A stretch of 63,955 nt of DNA, filler included, from Barthelona sp. PAP020 (lineage: Eukaryota): the NCBI GenBank assembly GCA_040182905.1. It is 5 parts of 5 records of this genome, joined end to end, with 100 filler letters (N's around TTAATTAATTAA, not from the genome) between each part and the next. Parts side by side here need not be neighbours in the genome. Positions count along the whole stretch, not along the records: positions 28,176 to 42,147 come from JARQWU010000311.1; positions 42,248 to 56,207 come from JARQWU010000312.1; 3 more parts are not named here. One strand, 5' to 3'. The notes below the pieces were generated by a model. The model was given only the letters and a program-made list of their open reading frames with translations, was not told the DNA's origin and did not search any database. Both the position numbers and the translations under genes were made by a program. Positions 34,259 through 45,249 of this stretch are shown piece by piece (the first letter of the stretch is position 1; the number at the start of each line of letters is the position of its first letter).

Positions 34259-35359
34259 ATGCGAACTAATTTACAGGATGTAATTTCTGAATTGGATTTA
34301 AATATGGATGTTGAAAAGAATATAGACTATATTGAAATACCCAAAGAAATATTTAATTGTTTTGATTTACCAATTGATTTGGGTGAATGGAAAAATATAT
34401 TAGTTATACAATGGTATTTTAAAAAATTTGAAATAAATGGTAACAATCAATTGAAAGTTGATGAATTGAATGGCAAACGTGATTTTTCCATTAAAAAATT
34501 TTTGTTGAATATTACCACTGATGTTATTAGTAACCCTTTTACATTATTTGCATCGTGTTATCGTGAAGAATGGTGTTGTAGACACAGTGGAATCATTTTG
34601 CAAGGGTTGATCAGAACAGAATCTTTGACTCATGCTCTGAAATTTTGCATTGATAATTTGGAGCATTTACTGGAATTAGCTGAGATCAAACGGTTCATAT
34701 CTGTTAATATGTCGAATGAAGAGGTGAAAGCGTTATTAAGAGATACTATGAATTTGTTTTTGCAAATTTATAAATATTTATGTGCTTCTACAATGGAGAT
34801 AGTCAATGAAACGATATTTAACAGTTGGGATCAATTTCATTTGAGTTTGTTGAGAATTGGTCTTGTTCATTACATCATTGGAGACAGCATTGCAAGTCTG
34901 AGCAATTCGTTTTTGCACCCGCCTTTTTTGCAATGTGAGTCTTTCAGATTGATGCTGTTGAAAAGTTTTGTGCCTGAAAATTTGCCAATTAATTCTTGCG
35001 TAAATTATTACGGTAAACGTGGAAGGGAAATGATCTTAAAACAACCTCAGTTGTTTTTTGATGAAATATTTGACTTTGCTAGAGCCGTGAACGAGAATAA
35101 ATTCAAAACTGTTGTTTTTCTCCTTCCAAGGTCATCAAACCCTGATGAATTAATTTCCATCGAAAAGAGCCTTTACGAAGGAAGAAGCGGACCAAAAGGT
35201 ATCGTTTTGATATTCAGTCATTGTACAACTTTATTACATCATGAAGGCCAATTTAAAAAACTTAAAGTTCAAGTGTTTGATGAATTTATTGATATTTTAA
35301 ATCCAGATGATCATTATATCCCATATAAAATCCTGGAACACTTGTTTTTTGAAGATTGA
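34259..35359 (+). CDS. Hypothetical protein
   Basis: 366-codon ORF with ATG; no confidently recognised motif. Confidence 0.65.
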   Translation: MRTNLQDVISELDLNMDVEKNIDYIEIPKEIFNCFDLPIDLGEWKNILVIQWYFKKFEINGNNQLKVDELNGKRDFSIKKFLLNITTDVISNPFTLFASCYREEWCCRHSGIILQGLIRTESLTHALKFCIDNLEHLLELAEIKRFISVNMSNEEVKALLRDTMNLFLQIYKYLCASTMEIVNETIFNSWDQFHLSLLRIGLVHYIIGDSIASLSNSFLHPPFLQCESFRLMLLKSFVPENLPINSCVNYYGKRGREMILKQPQLFFDEIFDFARAVNENKFKTVVFLLPRSSNPDELISIEKSLYEGRSGPKGIVLIFSHCTTLLHHEGQFKKLKVQVFDEFIDILNPDDHYIPYKILEHLFFED

Positions 35360-36000
35360 AATTAAAATGGAAAAAAAATGAAATAATATTAAAAAAAAGT
35401 CTTATATTAACTTGTATCGTAAACATTATGTGAAAAAGAATTTTTTTTTTTCGTAGAAATTCTCCACTTTCAGTCAGACACATGATGAAAGGACATGGTT
35501 TCTTCCACCAAAATTCAAAGTTAATCACCAAAGTTCGAGTTTCAACAGGAGTTTTGTGGGAAATGTTTTTTGAAAATTTTCAAAGACACACACATTTTTT
35601 CCAGTTGTGAAACTGCAATATTATTTTGTGGAGAGGTAAATAAATAATGCCGTTTGAACTATTTAATCAAGAATAGGCATCTTTGTCAGATTTTGGACAT
35701 ACAGAGGTCAAGTTGGAGGTTGATCCACATTTGAAAAGATCTTTTTAAAAAGTAAAAAGCCTTAGGCATATCCTGAGTGGTGTCAATATTTATTATAAAT
35801 CAACGATTTTTGAAATCACACTTTTTGGAAAGGAAAAAATTAGATTTCTTTTAAAAAAGTTCTTTTCAGGTAAATAATAAATATTGAACAGAAGATTCCA
35901 CGACTTTTTTGAATAATACAATAAATTGAATTCTGACAGAAAGCTAAAATGGAAGTTGAAAAATACGTTTCAACATTTCATCATTATTCTCTTTTTACCC

Positions 36001-38100
36001 ATGTTCACCTTCGAAGAAAACCAAGGGTTATACGAACTAGAACAACGTGCAAAGAAACGCAAAAAGATGGTTAAAGAACCAGACGAAGATGCTTTTGAAA
36101 AATTAGATAATTTTTTGAAATCGAATGACATCAATATACCAGGAAGTGACTTTGAAATAGTAGAAAGTAACTTCAGAATAGGTGGATTTGGGCTACTACA
36201 TCTTGCCAAAAGACATGGAAAGATTGTAGTTATCAAAGTCTTTGTTGATAAAGTTGAAAAAATCGCCAATGCTGAACTCACCAGAGAATGCTTTCCCATG
36301 GTTTTAAATCACCCTTTTATTCGTCAGGTGTTTGGAGTTACTGAGATTGAATACAAAAAGGCTGTTGTGATGGAGTATTGTGATGCCGATCTGGAGGAAA
36401 TGATACCAGAGTTGTCTTTGAAGGAGAAGTTGGTTATTATGATGCAGGTTTCCACTGCGCTTGAGTTTTGTCATAGAAAAGGCGTTATGCATAGGGATTT
36501 GAAGCCGAATAATGTGTTGTTGAGACGTGGTGTAGATGGGGTTTATACTCCTGCAATCGCTGATTTTGGGCTTGTTCGTGATACAAGCAGGAGTTCGGCA
36601 AATTCCATGATGGGTGCTGCGAGATATGCTGCTCCTGAGTTGGCCAACGAAGAGGAGAACATAATAGGAACAGCTGTTGATGCATGGTCTTTTGGGGTTA
36701 TGTTGGCTCAGGTTATTTCTGGTTTTGTTCCTTTTGAAGGATTGAGTGAGTTGAAAGTCATAATTCAATTGAGTAAAGGACATCTTCCATATAGCAAGGA
36801 ATTGTTGGACACAATACCTGGATTTGGAATCATCAAGAGGTGTTTGACTGTTGATGCAGCTGCCAGGCCAACGTTCAGTGAGATTACTGAATATTTGCAG
36901 ATGCTTATTGAGCGTTTTGAGGGATTGGGATTCGACGAAAAGAGATTGGTGAAGAGAGTTGCAACTTTAGAAGAGGAAAAGAACAGTTGGCTTTTGGAAA
37001 GAAAGGGATATGTGGAAAGGGTTCAAGAATTGACTAATGAAAACGGTCAGTTGAAAGCTAAAGAGGAGAAATGGATGAATGAAAAGCTAGAATTAACAAA
37101 TCATGTCGAACATTTGACAAACCAATTGAATGACCATATGAACAACAATAACAAGGAACCAATCAATGAAAATAGAAAACAAATTGTTGGTGTAGTCGAA
37201 AGATTTGGAGAAAGGCCTGCGTTTAGTGAGGTATTTCCGAATAGGGAGGTTTATGCCCTTGATTACAGCCCTGATGGGCGGTTTTTTGCGGTTGCAGGAC
37301 GTTATGGTAAATTACTCAGAGTCTACAATGCTGAAACACATGAAATTGTGCATGAAGGAGTGTATTTGAAGGCTCTTGGTCTCAATTTTAGTCCAGATTC
37401 CAAGCTATTGGCTGTTGGTGGTGATGGTCCAGCAATTCATATCATTGAGGTTGATACTTGGAGAACAATAAGAGTGATTAGTGATATGGCAGGGATGGTA
37501 ACACATGTTTGGTTCTCATCAGATGGCAATTTGCTTTCTTTTGGTATGTATAATGGTTACATTGGCATATACATGGTCGAAGGACAGAAGTTGCATGAAT
37601 CTCGAGCTCATGAAGTTTTTGTTCGATCTGTACGTATCAGCCCCGATATGAAACACTTTGCTTCTATCAGCAATGATGGATGTTCAAAGTTGTTTTCATT
37701 GGAGACATATGAAGAGCTTCACACGTGGAGTCATGATGGAAAGTGGGTCAGCTCGGGCAACTTCTCACCTGATGGTGCTTATTGGGTGACAGGTGATATC
37801 AATGGTACAATCAGGATTTTTGATGTTGAATCTAAAGATTTGGTGGGAAAGTACAAGGTTCATGATAATTGGGTAAACTCAATCATCTTCTCCCAAGATG
37901 GTTCATTGATCTATTCTGGTTCTTCTGATGGATCATTTGCTGTGATTCGAAGAGAAACAGGTCAAGTGTTGCAGAAAGTGCGTGTGTATTTTGGGATTTC
38001 TATTATAGCCCTCAACCATGATGGAACTCGTTTGTTGTGTAGTGGATGTAATTGTTGGAATAATGTTCCAATCCAAGAATTCATTGCTTCAAACCTGTAA
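36001..38100 (+). CDS. Protein kinase (TKL-like)-coiled coil-WD40 propeller protein, copy 1
   Basis: GGFG, VVIK, HRDLKPNN, DFG, YAAPE, DAWSFG; coiled coil; about 7 WD40 blades (YSPDG, FSPDS, FSSDG, ISPD, FSPDG, FSQDG, LNHDG). Confidence 0.92.
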   Translation: MFTFEENQGLYELEQRAKKRKKMVKEPDEDAFEKLDNFLKSNDINIPGSDFEIVESNFRIGGFGLLHLAKRHGKIVVIKVFVDKVEKIANAELTRECFPMVLNHPFIRQVFGVTEIEYKKAVVMEYCDADLEEMIPELSLKEKLVIMMQVSTALEFCHRKGVMHRDLKPNNVLLRRGVDGVYTPAIADFGLVRDTSRSSANSMMGAARYAAPELANEEENIIGTAVDAWSFGVMLAQVISGFVPFEGLSELKVIIQLSKGHLPYSKELLDTIPGFGIIKRCLTVDAAARPTFSEITEYLQMLIERFEGLGFDEKRLVKRVATLEEEKNSWLLERKGYVERVQELTNENGQLKAKEEKWMNEKLELTNHVEHLTNQLNDHMNNNNKEPINENRKQIVGVVERFGERPAFSEVFPNREVYALDYSPDGRFFAVAGRYGKLLRVYNAETHEIVHEGVYLKALGLNFSPDSKLLAVGGDGPAIHIIEVDTWRTIRVISDMAGMVTHVWFSSDGNLLSFGMYNGYIGIYMVEGQKLHESRAHEVFVRSVRISPDMKHFASISNDGCSKLFSLETYEELHTWSHDGKWVSSGNFSPDGAYWVTGDINGTIRIFDVESKDLVGKYKVHDNWVNSIIFSQDGSLIYSGSSDGSFAVIRRETGQVLQKVRVYFGISIIALNHDGTRLLCSGCNCWNNVPIQEFIASNL

Positions 38101-39206
38101 AACTCCACCTTGCATTTTGCATTTACATCCCATGATCACATGTTCACCTCGTTTGTCAGGTTTTCCAACTTGTAAATTTAAAACAAATTTTAATTTCATC
38201 ATTCAATTCATTTTCGTGCTGTTCTTCAACCACACGACTCACTCTACATCCCTGCAACAACAACAGCCATCCATTAACCCAACAGAACCAAAACAATTGA
38301 ACGTTTTGATAGATTTAAGATCCCAAACCTGTATCCTCTTGGCTTTGCAATCTCTCTCATCATTGGACAAACACCTGTTTACTTGTACCAACTCAACCGG
38401 TTAGCGTCATGAACTCTCAGGCATATTGTATCTTACCACATTGATCCAAAGAATTGACTTAACTGACCCTTTATCAACAAAGTAAAATTATTCAAAGCGT
38501 AGCGCGGTGTTTTCAATTGAACACAAACCCTTGTATTATCTACCAATGACATTATACTGTTCGTTCACATATGAGTTGATGTTTTCGTTTTTTCAAGAGA
38601 AGTTTTGCATTTATTCAATCCAACCTTTGATCAATTAGCTCAAAAATATCAAACAATTCTTTGGTCGAGTTCAACACATTTAACTTTGAGAAAAGAAACG
38701 AGAAATCTCATGGTTGTTATATGGGGGAAAGTCTTGCCTTGAGAAGGAAATAGACTGGTTGCATTCAATTGTGTTATGCAATCACAAATTTGAGATAAAA
38801 TTTATGCGCCATTTCCTTTCCAATTTTGAGGTGTCTAACTTTCATTTTAGAAGAATAAATTGCTCAGTAGTTCGACCGGCCTCAAAAGCTTTTAACCAAA
38901 TAAACACAATTCTCTTTTTTTCCCTCAAGCATTTGAAGATTATCCACATCAAGACATATTTTTGAAAGGAAAAAGACCTCAAAATATCTTGAGCGGTATC
39001 AATATTTATAAATTCAGCGGTTTTTGAAATCACACTCTTTGGAAATCAAAAATAAAATATTTTTTAAAAAAGTTCTTTTCTGGTAAATAATAAATATGAA
39101 CAGAATACCACACTACTTTATTTAACAACACAACAAATTGAATTTTAACAGAAAGCTAAAATAGAAGTTGAAAAATGTTTGCAAAATTTCATCTTTTTTT
39201 TCACCC

Positions 39207-41327
39207 ATGTTCACCTTCGAAGAAAACCAAGGGTCACATGAACTAGAACAACGTGCAAAGAAACGTAGAAAAATTGTTAAAGAACCAGAAGAAGATGCTT
39301 TTGAAAAATTGGATAATTTTTTGAAATCGAATGACATCAATATGGCTGGAAGTGAGTTTGAAATAGTAGAAAATAACTTCAGAATAGGTGGATTTGGGCT
39401 ACTACATCTTGCCAAAAGACATGGAAAGATGGTAGTTTTGAAAGTCTTTGTTGATAAAGTTGAAAAAACTACTGCTGATGAACTTAACAGGGAATGCTTT
39501 CCCATGGTTTTAAATCACCCTTTTATTCGCCAGGTTTTTGGAGTTACTGAGATTGAGTACAAAAAGGCTGTTGTGATGGAGTATTGTGAAGCCGATCTGG
39601 ATGAAATGATACCAGAGTTGTCTTTGAAGGAGAAGTTGGTTATCATGATGCAGGTTTCGTCTGCACTTGAGTTTTGTCATGGGAAAGGTGTCATGCATAG
39701 GGACCTTAAGCCAAATAATGTGTTGTTGAGACGTGGAGTGGATGGGGTTTATACACCTGCGATTGCTGATTTTGGGCTTGTTCGTGATACAACCAGGAGT
39801 TCGGCCAATTCCATGATGGGTGCTGCGAGATATGCTGCTCCTGAGTTGGCCAACGAAGAGGAAAATATAATAGGAACAGCTGTTGACGCATGGTCTTTTG
39901 GTGTAATGTTGGCTCAAGTAATATCTGGTTTTGTTCCATTTGATGGATTGAGTGAGTTGAAAGTCATTTTTAAATTGGGTAAAGGACATCTTCCGTATAG
40001 CAAGGAATTGTTAGACACAATACCTGGGTTTGGAATCATCAAGAGGTGTTTGAATGTTGATGCAGCTGCCAGGCCAACATTCAGTGAGATTACTGAGTAT
40101 TTGCAGATGTTGATTGAGCGTTTCGAGGGGTTGGGATTTGACGAGAAGAGGTTGGTGAAGAGAGTTGCGACTTTGGAAGAGGAAAAGAACAGTTGGCTTT
40201 TGGAAAAAACTGGGTATGAAGAGAGAGTTCAGAGTTTGACAAGGACGGTCCATGAATTAAATGATGAAAACGGTGAGTTGAAAGAAGAAAAAAGAAACTG
40301 GACAAATAAAAACCAAGAATTAACAAATCAAGTCGATCATTTGACAAGCCAATTGAATGATCTTATGAACAACAGTGATGGACAACAACTAGCTGAAAAT
40401 AGAAAGCAAATTGTTCGTGCAGTCGAAAGATTTGGAGAAAAGCCTGTGTTTAGTGAGGTGTTTCCAGATACTCAAGTTCTTGCCCTTGATTACAGTGCTG
40501 ATGGACGGTTTTTTGTGGTTGCAGGATCTTATGGTAAATTACTCAGAGTCTACAACGCTGAAACACATGAAATTATGCATGAAGGAGTGTATGTGGCAGC
40601 TATGGGTCTCAATTTCAGTCCCGACTCCAAACTATTGGCTGTTGGTGGTGATGGTCCAGCAATTCATATCTTTGAGGTTGATACTTGGAGAACAATAAGA
40701 GTGATTACTGGTATGGCTGAAGATGTAGCACGTGTTTGGTTCTCATCAGATGGCAAATTGCTTTCTTTTGGTATGGATAATGGTTACATTGCCATATACA
40801 CGGTCGAAGGACAGAAGTTGCATGAATCTCGAGCTCATGAAAAATATGTTCGATCTGTACGTATCAGCCCTGACATGAACTACTTTGCCTCTGTCGGTGA
40901 GGATAGATGTTCAAAGTTGTTTTCATTGGACACGTATGAAGAGCTTCACAGGTGGAGTAATGATGGAAATCATGTCAGATCAGGTAACTTCTCACCCGAT
41001 GGTGCTTATTGGGTGACAGGTGATGGAGTTGGTACAATCAGAATGTTTGATGTTGAATCTAGAGAGTTGTTGGGAAAGTACAAGGTTCATGATTGGTGGA
41101 TATACTCAATCATCTTCTCCCAAGATGGTTCATTGATCTATTCTGGTTCTTGGGATGGATCATTTGCTGTGATTCGAAGAGAAACTGGTCAAGTATTGCA
41201 GAAAGTGAAAGTACCTTTTGCTATTTGTACCATGGCCCTCAACCATGATGGAACTCGTTTGTTGTGTAGTGGATTGAATGGTGGGAATAATGCCCTAATC
41301 CAAGAATTCATTGCTTCAAACCTGTAA
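39207..41327 (+). CDS. Protein kinase-coiled coil-WD40 protein, copy 2
   Basis: Paralog of 36001-38100 with the same architecture; ATG at 39207. Confidence 0.92.
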   Translation: MFTFEENQGSHELEQRAKKRRKIVKEPEEDAFEKLDNFLKSNDINMAGSEFEIVENNFRIGGFGLLHLAKRHGKMVVLKVFVDKVEKTTADELNRECFPMVLNHPFIRQVFGVTEIEYKKAVVMEYCEADLDEMIPELSLKEKLVIMMQVSSALEFCHGKGVMHRDLKPNNVLLRRGVDGVYTPAIADFGLVRDTTRSSANSMMGAARYAAPELANEEENIIGTAVDAWSFGVMLAQVISGFVPFDGLSELKVIFKLGKGHLPYSKELLDTIPGFGIIKRCLNVDAAARPTFSEITEYLQMLIERFEGLGFDEKRLVKRVATLEEEKNSWLLEKTGYEERVQSLTRTVHELNDENGELKEEKRNWTNKNQELTNQVDHLTSQLNDLMNNSDGQQLAENRKQIVRAVERFGEKPVFSEVFPDTQVLALDYSADGRFFVVAGSYGKLLRVYNAETHEIMHEGVYVAAMGLNFSPDSKLLAVGGDGPAIHIFEVDTWRTIRVITGMAEDVARVWFSSDGKLLSFGMDNGYIAIYTVEGQKLHESRAHEKYVRSVRISPDMNYFASVGEDRCSKLFSLDTYEELHRWSNDGNHVRSGNFSPDGAYWVTGDGVGTIRMFDVESRELLGKYKVHDWWIYSIIFSQDGSLIYSGSWDGSFAVIRRETGQVLQKVKVPFAICTMALNHDGTRLLCSGLNGGNNALIQEFIASNL

Positions 41328-42049
41328 AACTTCACATTGCATTTTGCAGTTGTAACCATCATTACATGTTTCACCTTGTGTCATAGTTTCAACTTGAAAA
41401 TTTTAAATACATTTTCATTTTATCATTTAATGCATTTTCAAACCATAGAGTCACTCCACACCCCTATAACAACAACGTAAACTACTCATCAACCTAATAA
41501 AACCAAATCAAATGAACAATCAAAAGATTTGAGAAATTCAAGACCTCAAACCTTTATCCTCTTGTTTTTGCAATGTCTCTCATCATTTGGATAAACACCA
41601 GTCTATTTGAAACAACTAAATCAGTTGCCATTGTGAACTCTCAGGCATATCGTATCTTAATCAACTAACTCAAAGAACTGATTTAACTGACAATTTATCA
41701 ACAAAGTTTAGTTACTTAAAACGTAGCATGGTGTTTTCAATTGAACTTCAGTTCACCTATTAGTTGCTGTTGTCGTTATTTCAAGAGAATATTAGCATTT
41801 TTGATTAGTAGAAGCCACAGTCAATTCTGTGTCAAAATTTTTTACCCAATGACTGGTTTATATGTGAATAACTCTCTTTAAATACTGAAAAATGAAGCCA
41901 AAGAAAACTAATTTTGAGAACTTTTAGCCATGAGAAGGAAATGAAGCCTCAAATGAAAAGTTAGAAAATTCTCTCTTTGTTGTGAGGTGTTTTATATTGT
42001 TATCGAAACAAAATTTTCTTTTCCTTTTTTAATTTTGAAAACATTAATG

Positions 42050-42147
42050 AGCCTCAAAAAGTATTTAACCGAATAAATACATTTCTTTCTTATTTATTCA
42101 TACGAACAGTGCTTCTTGCCCCCTCCCCCCTCCCCTCCCTCCCTCCC
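42050..42147 (+). repeat. Dispersed repeat copy followed by a C-rich (CCCT) tract at the contig end
   Basis: GCCTCAAAAAGTATTTAACCGAATAAATAC...CATACGAACAGTGCTTCTTG, then CCCCCTCCCCCCTCCCCTCCCTCCCTCCC. Confidence 0.8.
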
Positions 42148-42247
42148 NNNNNNNNNNNNNNNNNNNNNNNNNNNNNNNNNNNNNNNNNNNNTTAATTAAT
42201 TAANNNNNNNNNNNNNNNNNNNNNNNNNNNNNNNNNNNNNNNNNNNN
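42148..42247. other. Artificial contig linker
   Basis: N44-TTAATTAATTAA-N44. Confidence 0.98.
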
Positions 42248-42489
42248 TGTTGAAACATCCCCAATTTCATACTGTAATAATTGATATCTCAAGAGAGAAT
42301 TTGAAGAGCAGTGTACAATCGTTTGTTGATGAAATGAATACATTCTTCAGCAAAGTTACCAAAATTGATGAAGCACAGTTTATCAAACATCATCAAACTT
42401 GTTCTTTGGAAGAATTCAAGGATAATTACGTGAAATATTTGGAAATGTTTGGTGTCTCCCCTTTGATCAATGATGGTGATTATTTTTAA
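42248..42489 (+). CDS. Partial (3' end) hypothetical protein
   Basis: Open frame from the contig edge to TAA. Confidence 0.5.
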
Positions 42490-42892
42490 GCGTTTAATTT
42501 TGAAGGATCATTGTTTGAAGAAATAATCATATTTTTGAAAAGTTTAAAAGATAAATCTTCAAGTATATCTTTTTTATTTTCATTTTTCACAAACAGTTGA
42601 GTAATATGTTACATAAGAAACACAATTCAACAAGTTACTTTGTTCCTTTATGATTATAAAAAGAGCTTTTTTTTTTTCTTTATTTAGTGATTGAAGATGT
42701 TTAAAATTTATCATTCTGGTATCGAAAAAGTTAATCTTTAAATTTTAACAAACAATTTTCAGGACAAAAGAGCACAATTTGATATTACTTCCTTTATTTC
42801 ATACCCTACTTCCAATTGTAGTGGTCATTGTGGAGTAAAATACAAAAAAAAACAGGAAAGTTTCAAATTTATAAATATCAAAAAGAAATGGA

Positions 42893-45187
42893 CTACATGT
42901 TCTCATCTGAACGTTGATCTGCAGCAAATTTAAGGAAAACATCTTCTAAAGTTGATTGACTGATGGTCCAATCAACAATTCTTAAGTCTTCTTTGTGACG
43001 AATGAAATAATCAAAGATGAAAGCTAGATCTGTGAATTGTCTAGTCAAATTGACTTCTAATAAATTTGCGTTTATTTTAAAGTGATTTTCAGGAATATTC
43101 AAATCATGAGCAATTTTGTTCAAAATCGCTTGAATCGAGGAAGGTTCACAATGTATCGATAATCTATACCCTTCTCCATGATCAGTCAATAATTTTTGAG
43201 TAGTACCAATTGTTCTTAATTGTCCATTAACAAAAATAGCAACTCTTGAAGCCAAAGCAGTAGCTTCTTGCATTGAATGTGTTGTTAGTACAATAGAACA
43301 ATTTTTACGAAGGGATGAAATTAAATTCCACATTCTTCTTCTACTTGAAGGATCAAACCCACTACTGGGCTCATCTAAAAATAATATTGGTGGTGAACCA
43401 ATGACAGCACAAGTAAGCATAACTCTTCTTTTTTGAGCTCCAGATAATTCACCGGCTTTTTGATCTATAAACTTACCAATGTCAAATTGATTGATTAATT
43501 TCTCAATTTCTTGTTTTTTTTCCTCACCATCAAATCCTCGAATCAAGCAAAAAAAGTTCAAATGCTCACGCATTGTTAAATCTTTGAAAAAAATATTTTC
43601 TTGAGGACATAATCCAATCATATGTGATACTTCCCTTAACCTCTCAGAATCAACACCTAAAACTTCAAAACTACCAGTAGTTGGCGCTAATTTCCCCGTT
43701 AACATGTTGATTAAAGTTGATTTACCCGAACCATTGGGCCCAATAATACTTAAAACTTCACCTTTCTGTAAACCAATGGTTAATTTATTCACAGCACAAA
43801 CATCTTTAAATTCTCTGTGCAAATCGAATGTTCTGACAACATATTGATTATTTCCACTGTTTTCATAGACTGAATGAGTTTCTTCATGAACACTGGGAAA
43901 AACGGGATAATTGCGAATCAAACCACGATTATCATCGTCCAAAAACATTGCTTTTAATGGACGGTTTATCAAACTATCCAAGAATAATGTGAATACAAAA
44001 CAGACAACATCCCAAAATAACAAGGGAACAATGGCATTCCAATGCTTGATAAAGACATCACTAAAGGATAAATATTGTTTTGTAGACGTTGTATATAAAG
44101 TCAACAAACCCACAATTGGGAAACAATTAACGATATTTTCAACTGTTTGCACTGCATCTGGACTCAATAACATGGATAATATATAATAGAACATAAACGG
44201 AACCATTGTGATCATGGATGAAACCATTGAAGTAACAGTGAGTGCTGTCTTTTCATCATCAAAGATTTGTGAAAAAGCACACGATATTAAGGTATAGAAT
44301 GAACAAGAAATGATTAAAACAATCAAATGGGCGATTGGATTGATGTTTGCAAACATCGGTAACTCAAAACCTTCGAAAAAAGTGGCAACAGTACCCAAGA
44401 CAAAAACAACCAGAATCGAGACCAACATATAAAGGTTGTCAATGATAAATACACCCATCCAATAAGAAAATGAAGATAATCCAGATATGGTGCAGTGTTT
44501 TCTAACTGGTTTTTCTCTAACCAAACCAACAACAAACAGTTGAACTTGCATTCCAAATGCTTGAACAATGATAAAACCTAACATAGGTGCAATGTATTGA
44601 CGTATATCAATATTTTGGGGGATTTTCCCCAATCTTCCTTTGGGGATATGTTGAATGTTCAATTTTAAGTATGCCAATTGTTTTAAATATTGGACAATAT
44701 CAATGAAAGTTTTGCCAGCAACTTGATAATTAACTTTATCAGTGTCCAATTTGGTAACATTTACACCATATCCAGTAACTTCAGCAACATTTTTTTTGTA
44801 AGAGTCCGCAGTTTCAATCACAATTTCAGTCTGGTCAACGGCTAAAATTTTTGAAGTATTGCCAAAGAATCCAGTTTTACTTTGGGAGTTATATGTTCCA
44901 ACATCAATATTAGATGAACCATATGCGCTTATTTTATTGGGAACTTTGGTCAAATCAGGAGAATAAATGGAAACAGTGTTATTCAAAGAAGACAGCAAAC
45001 CAAATCCCCACCACATTAAAATTGTTAAACCAACCATGATTATTGGTGATATTAATAATAAGGATTTAAATTGTGGATAACGAACTCTATTTAAATATTT
45101 TTCATAAATAACACCTTTGATTTGTTTTGAACGATCAACTTTGCATTTTGAATCTCGGTTCAATAAAGGTTCGTTTGAATCAAACAT
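42893..45187 (-). CDS. Half-size ABCA transporter (resembles the C-terminal half)
   Basis: TM1, extracellular domain, further TM helices, GPNGSGKS, CPQ, LSGAQKRR, LDEPSSG, TTHSMQEA, TLEDVFL; ATG at 45187. Confidence 0.92.
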   Translation of the reverse strand: MFDSNEPLLNRDSKCKVDRSKQIKGVIYEKYLNRVRYPQFKSLLLISPIIMVGLTILMWWGFGLLSSLNNTVSIYSPDLTKVPNKISAYGSSNIDVGTYNSQSKTGFFGNTSKILAVDQTEIVIETADSYKKNVAEVTGYGVNVTKLDTDKVNYQVAGKTFIDIVQYLKQLAYLKLNIQHIPKGRLGKIPQNIDIRQYIAPMLGFIIVQAFGMQVQLFVVGLVREKPVRKHCTISGLSSFSYWMGVFIIDNLYMLVSILVVFVLGTVATFFEGFELPMFANINPIAHLIVLIISCSFYTLISCAFSQIFDDEKTALTVTSMVSSMITMVPFMFYYILSMLLSPDAVQTVENIVNCFPIVGLLTLYTTSTKQYLSFSDVFIKHWNAIVPLLFWDVVCFVFTLFLDSLINRPLKAMFLDDDNRGLIRNYPVFPSVHEETHSVYENSGNNQYVVRTFDLHREFKDVCAVNKLTIGLQKGEVLSIIGPNGSGKSTLINMLTGKLAPTTGSFEVLGVDSERLREVSHMIGLCPQENIFFKDLTMREHLNFFCLIRGFDGEEKKQEIEKLINQFDIGKFIDQKAGELSGAQKRRVMLTCAVIGSPPILFLDEPSSGFDPSSRRRMWNLISSLRKNCSIVLTTHSMQEATALASRVAIFVNGQLRTIGTTQKLLTDHGEGYRLSIHCEPSSIQAILNKIAHDLNIPENHFKINANLLEVNLTRQFTDLAFIFDYFIRHKEDLRIVDWTISQSTLEDVFLKFAADQRSDENM

Positions 45188-45249
45188 GAGAAAATAAGAC
45201 AAGTTGGGAAAGTCAGGGAAGTCATAAATTTCCAAGTATTTTTTTATTT
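45188..45249. promoter_or_regulatory. Candidate 62-bp bidirectional promoter between the ABCA halves
   Basis: Divergent ATGs separated by 62 bp; direct repeat GGGAAAGTCA-GGGAAGTCA. Confidence 0.5.

Larger units (their letters stand above)
35650..42120 (+). repeat. Tandem duplication, ~3.2-kb unit (two copies), including flanks
   Basis: ATGs are 3206 bp apart; upstream flanks (35770-36000 vs 38985-39206) and downstream flanks (38100-38520 vs 41327-41745) are alignable. Confidence 0.9.

Noticed and set aside
34259..35359. Mo25/CAB39 similarity (HSGIILQGLIRTESL)
   Set aside because: Single short motif; the rest of the protein is not recognisably Mo25
35520..35550. GTTCGA T-loop-like motif
   Set aside because: No cloverleaf stems could be built; not called as tRNA
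35926..36000. TTG/CTG-initiated N-terminal extensions in the ORF track (also 452, 19591, 39168, 45235, 61908)
   Set aside because: Eukaryotic genes; the extensions are T/A-rich UTR-like sequence and are not conserved between the kinase paralogs
36304..39989. Paired 159-aa antisense ORFs (36304-36783, 39510-39989)
   Set aside because: They are conserved only because the sense kinase genes are recent duplicates
37240..41324. Diversity-generating retroelement (TR/VR) explanation for the WD40 variation
   Set aside because: Mismatches are not adenine-specific, both copies are full genes, and no reverse transcriptase is in the window
42119..42147. Telomere repeat
   Set aside because: Irregular short CCCT tract, C-rich toward the 3' end (wrong polarity for a telomere); more likely low-complexity sequence at an assembly break
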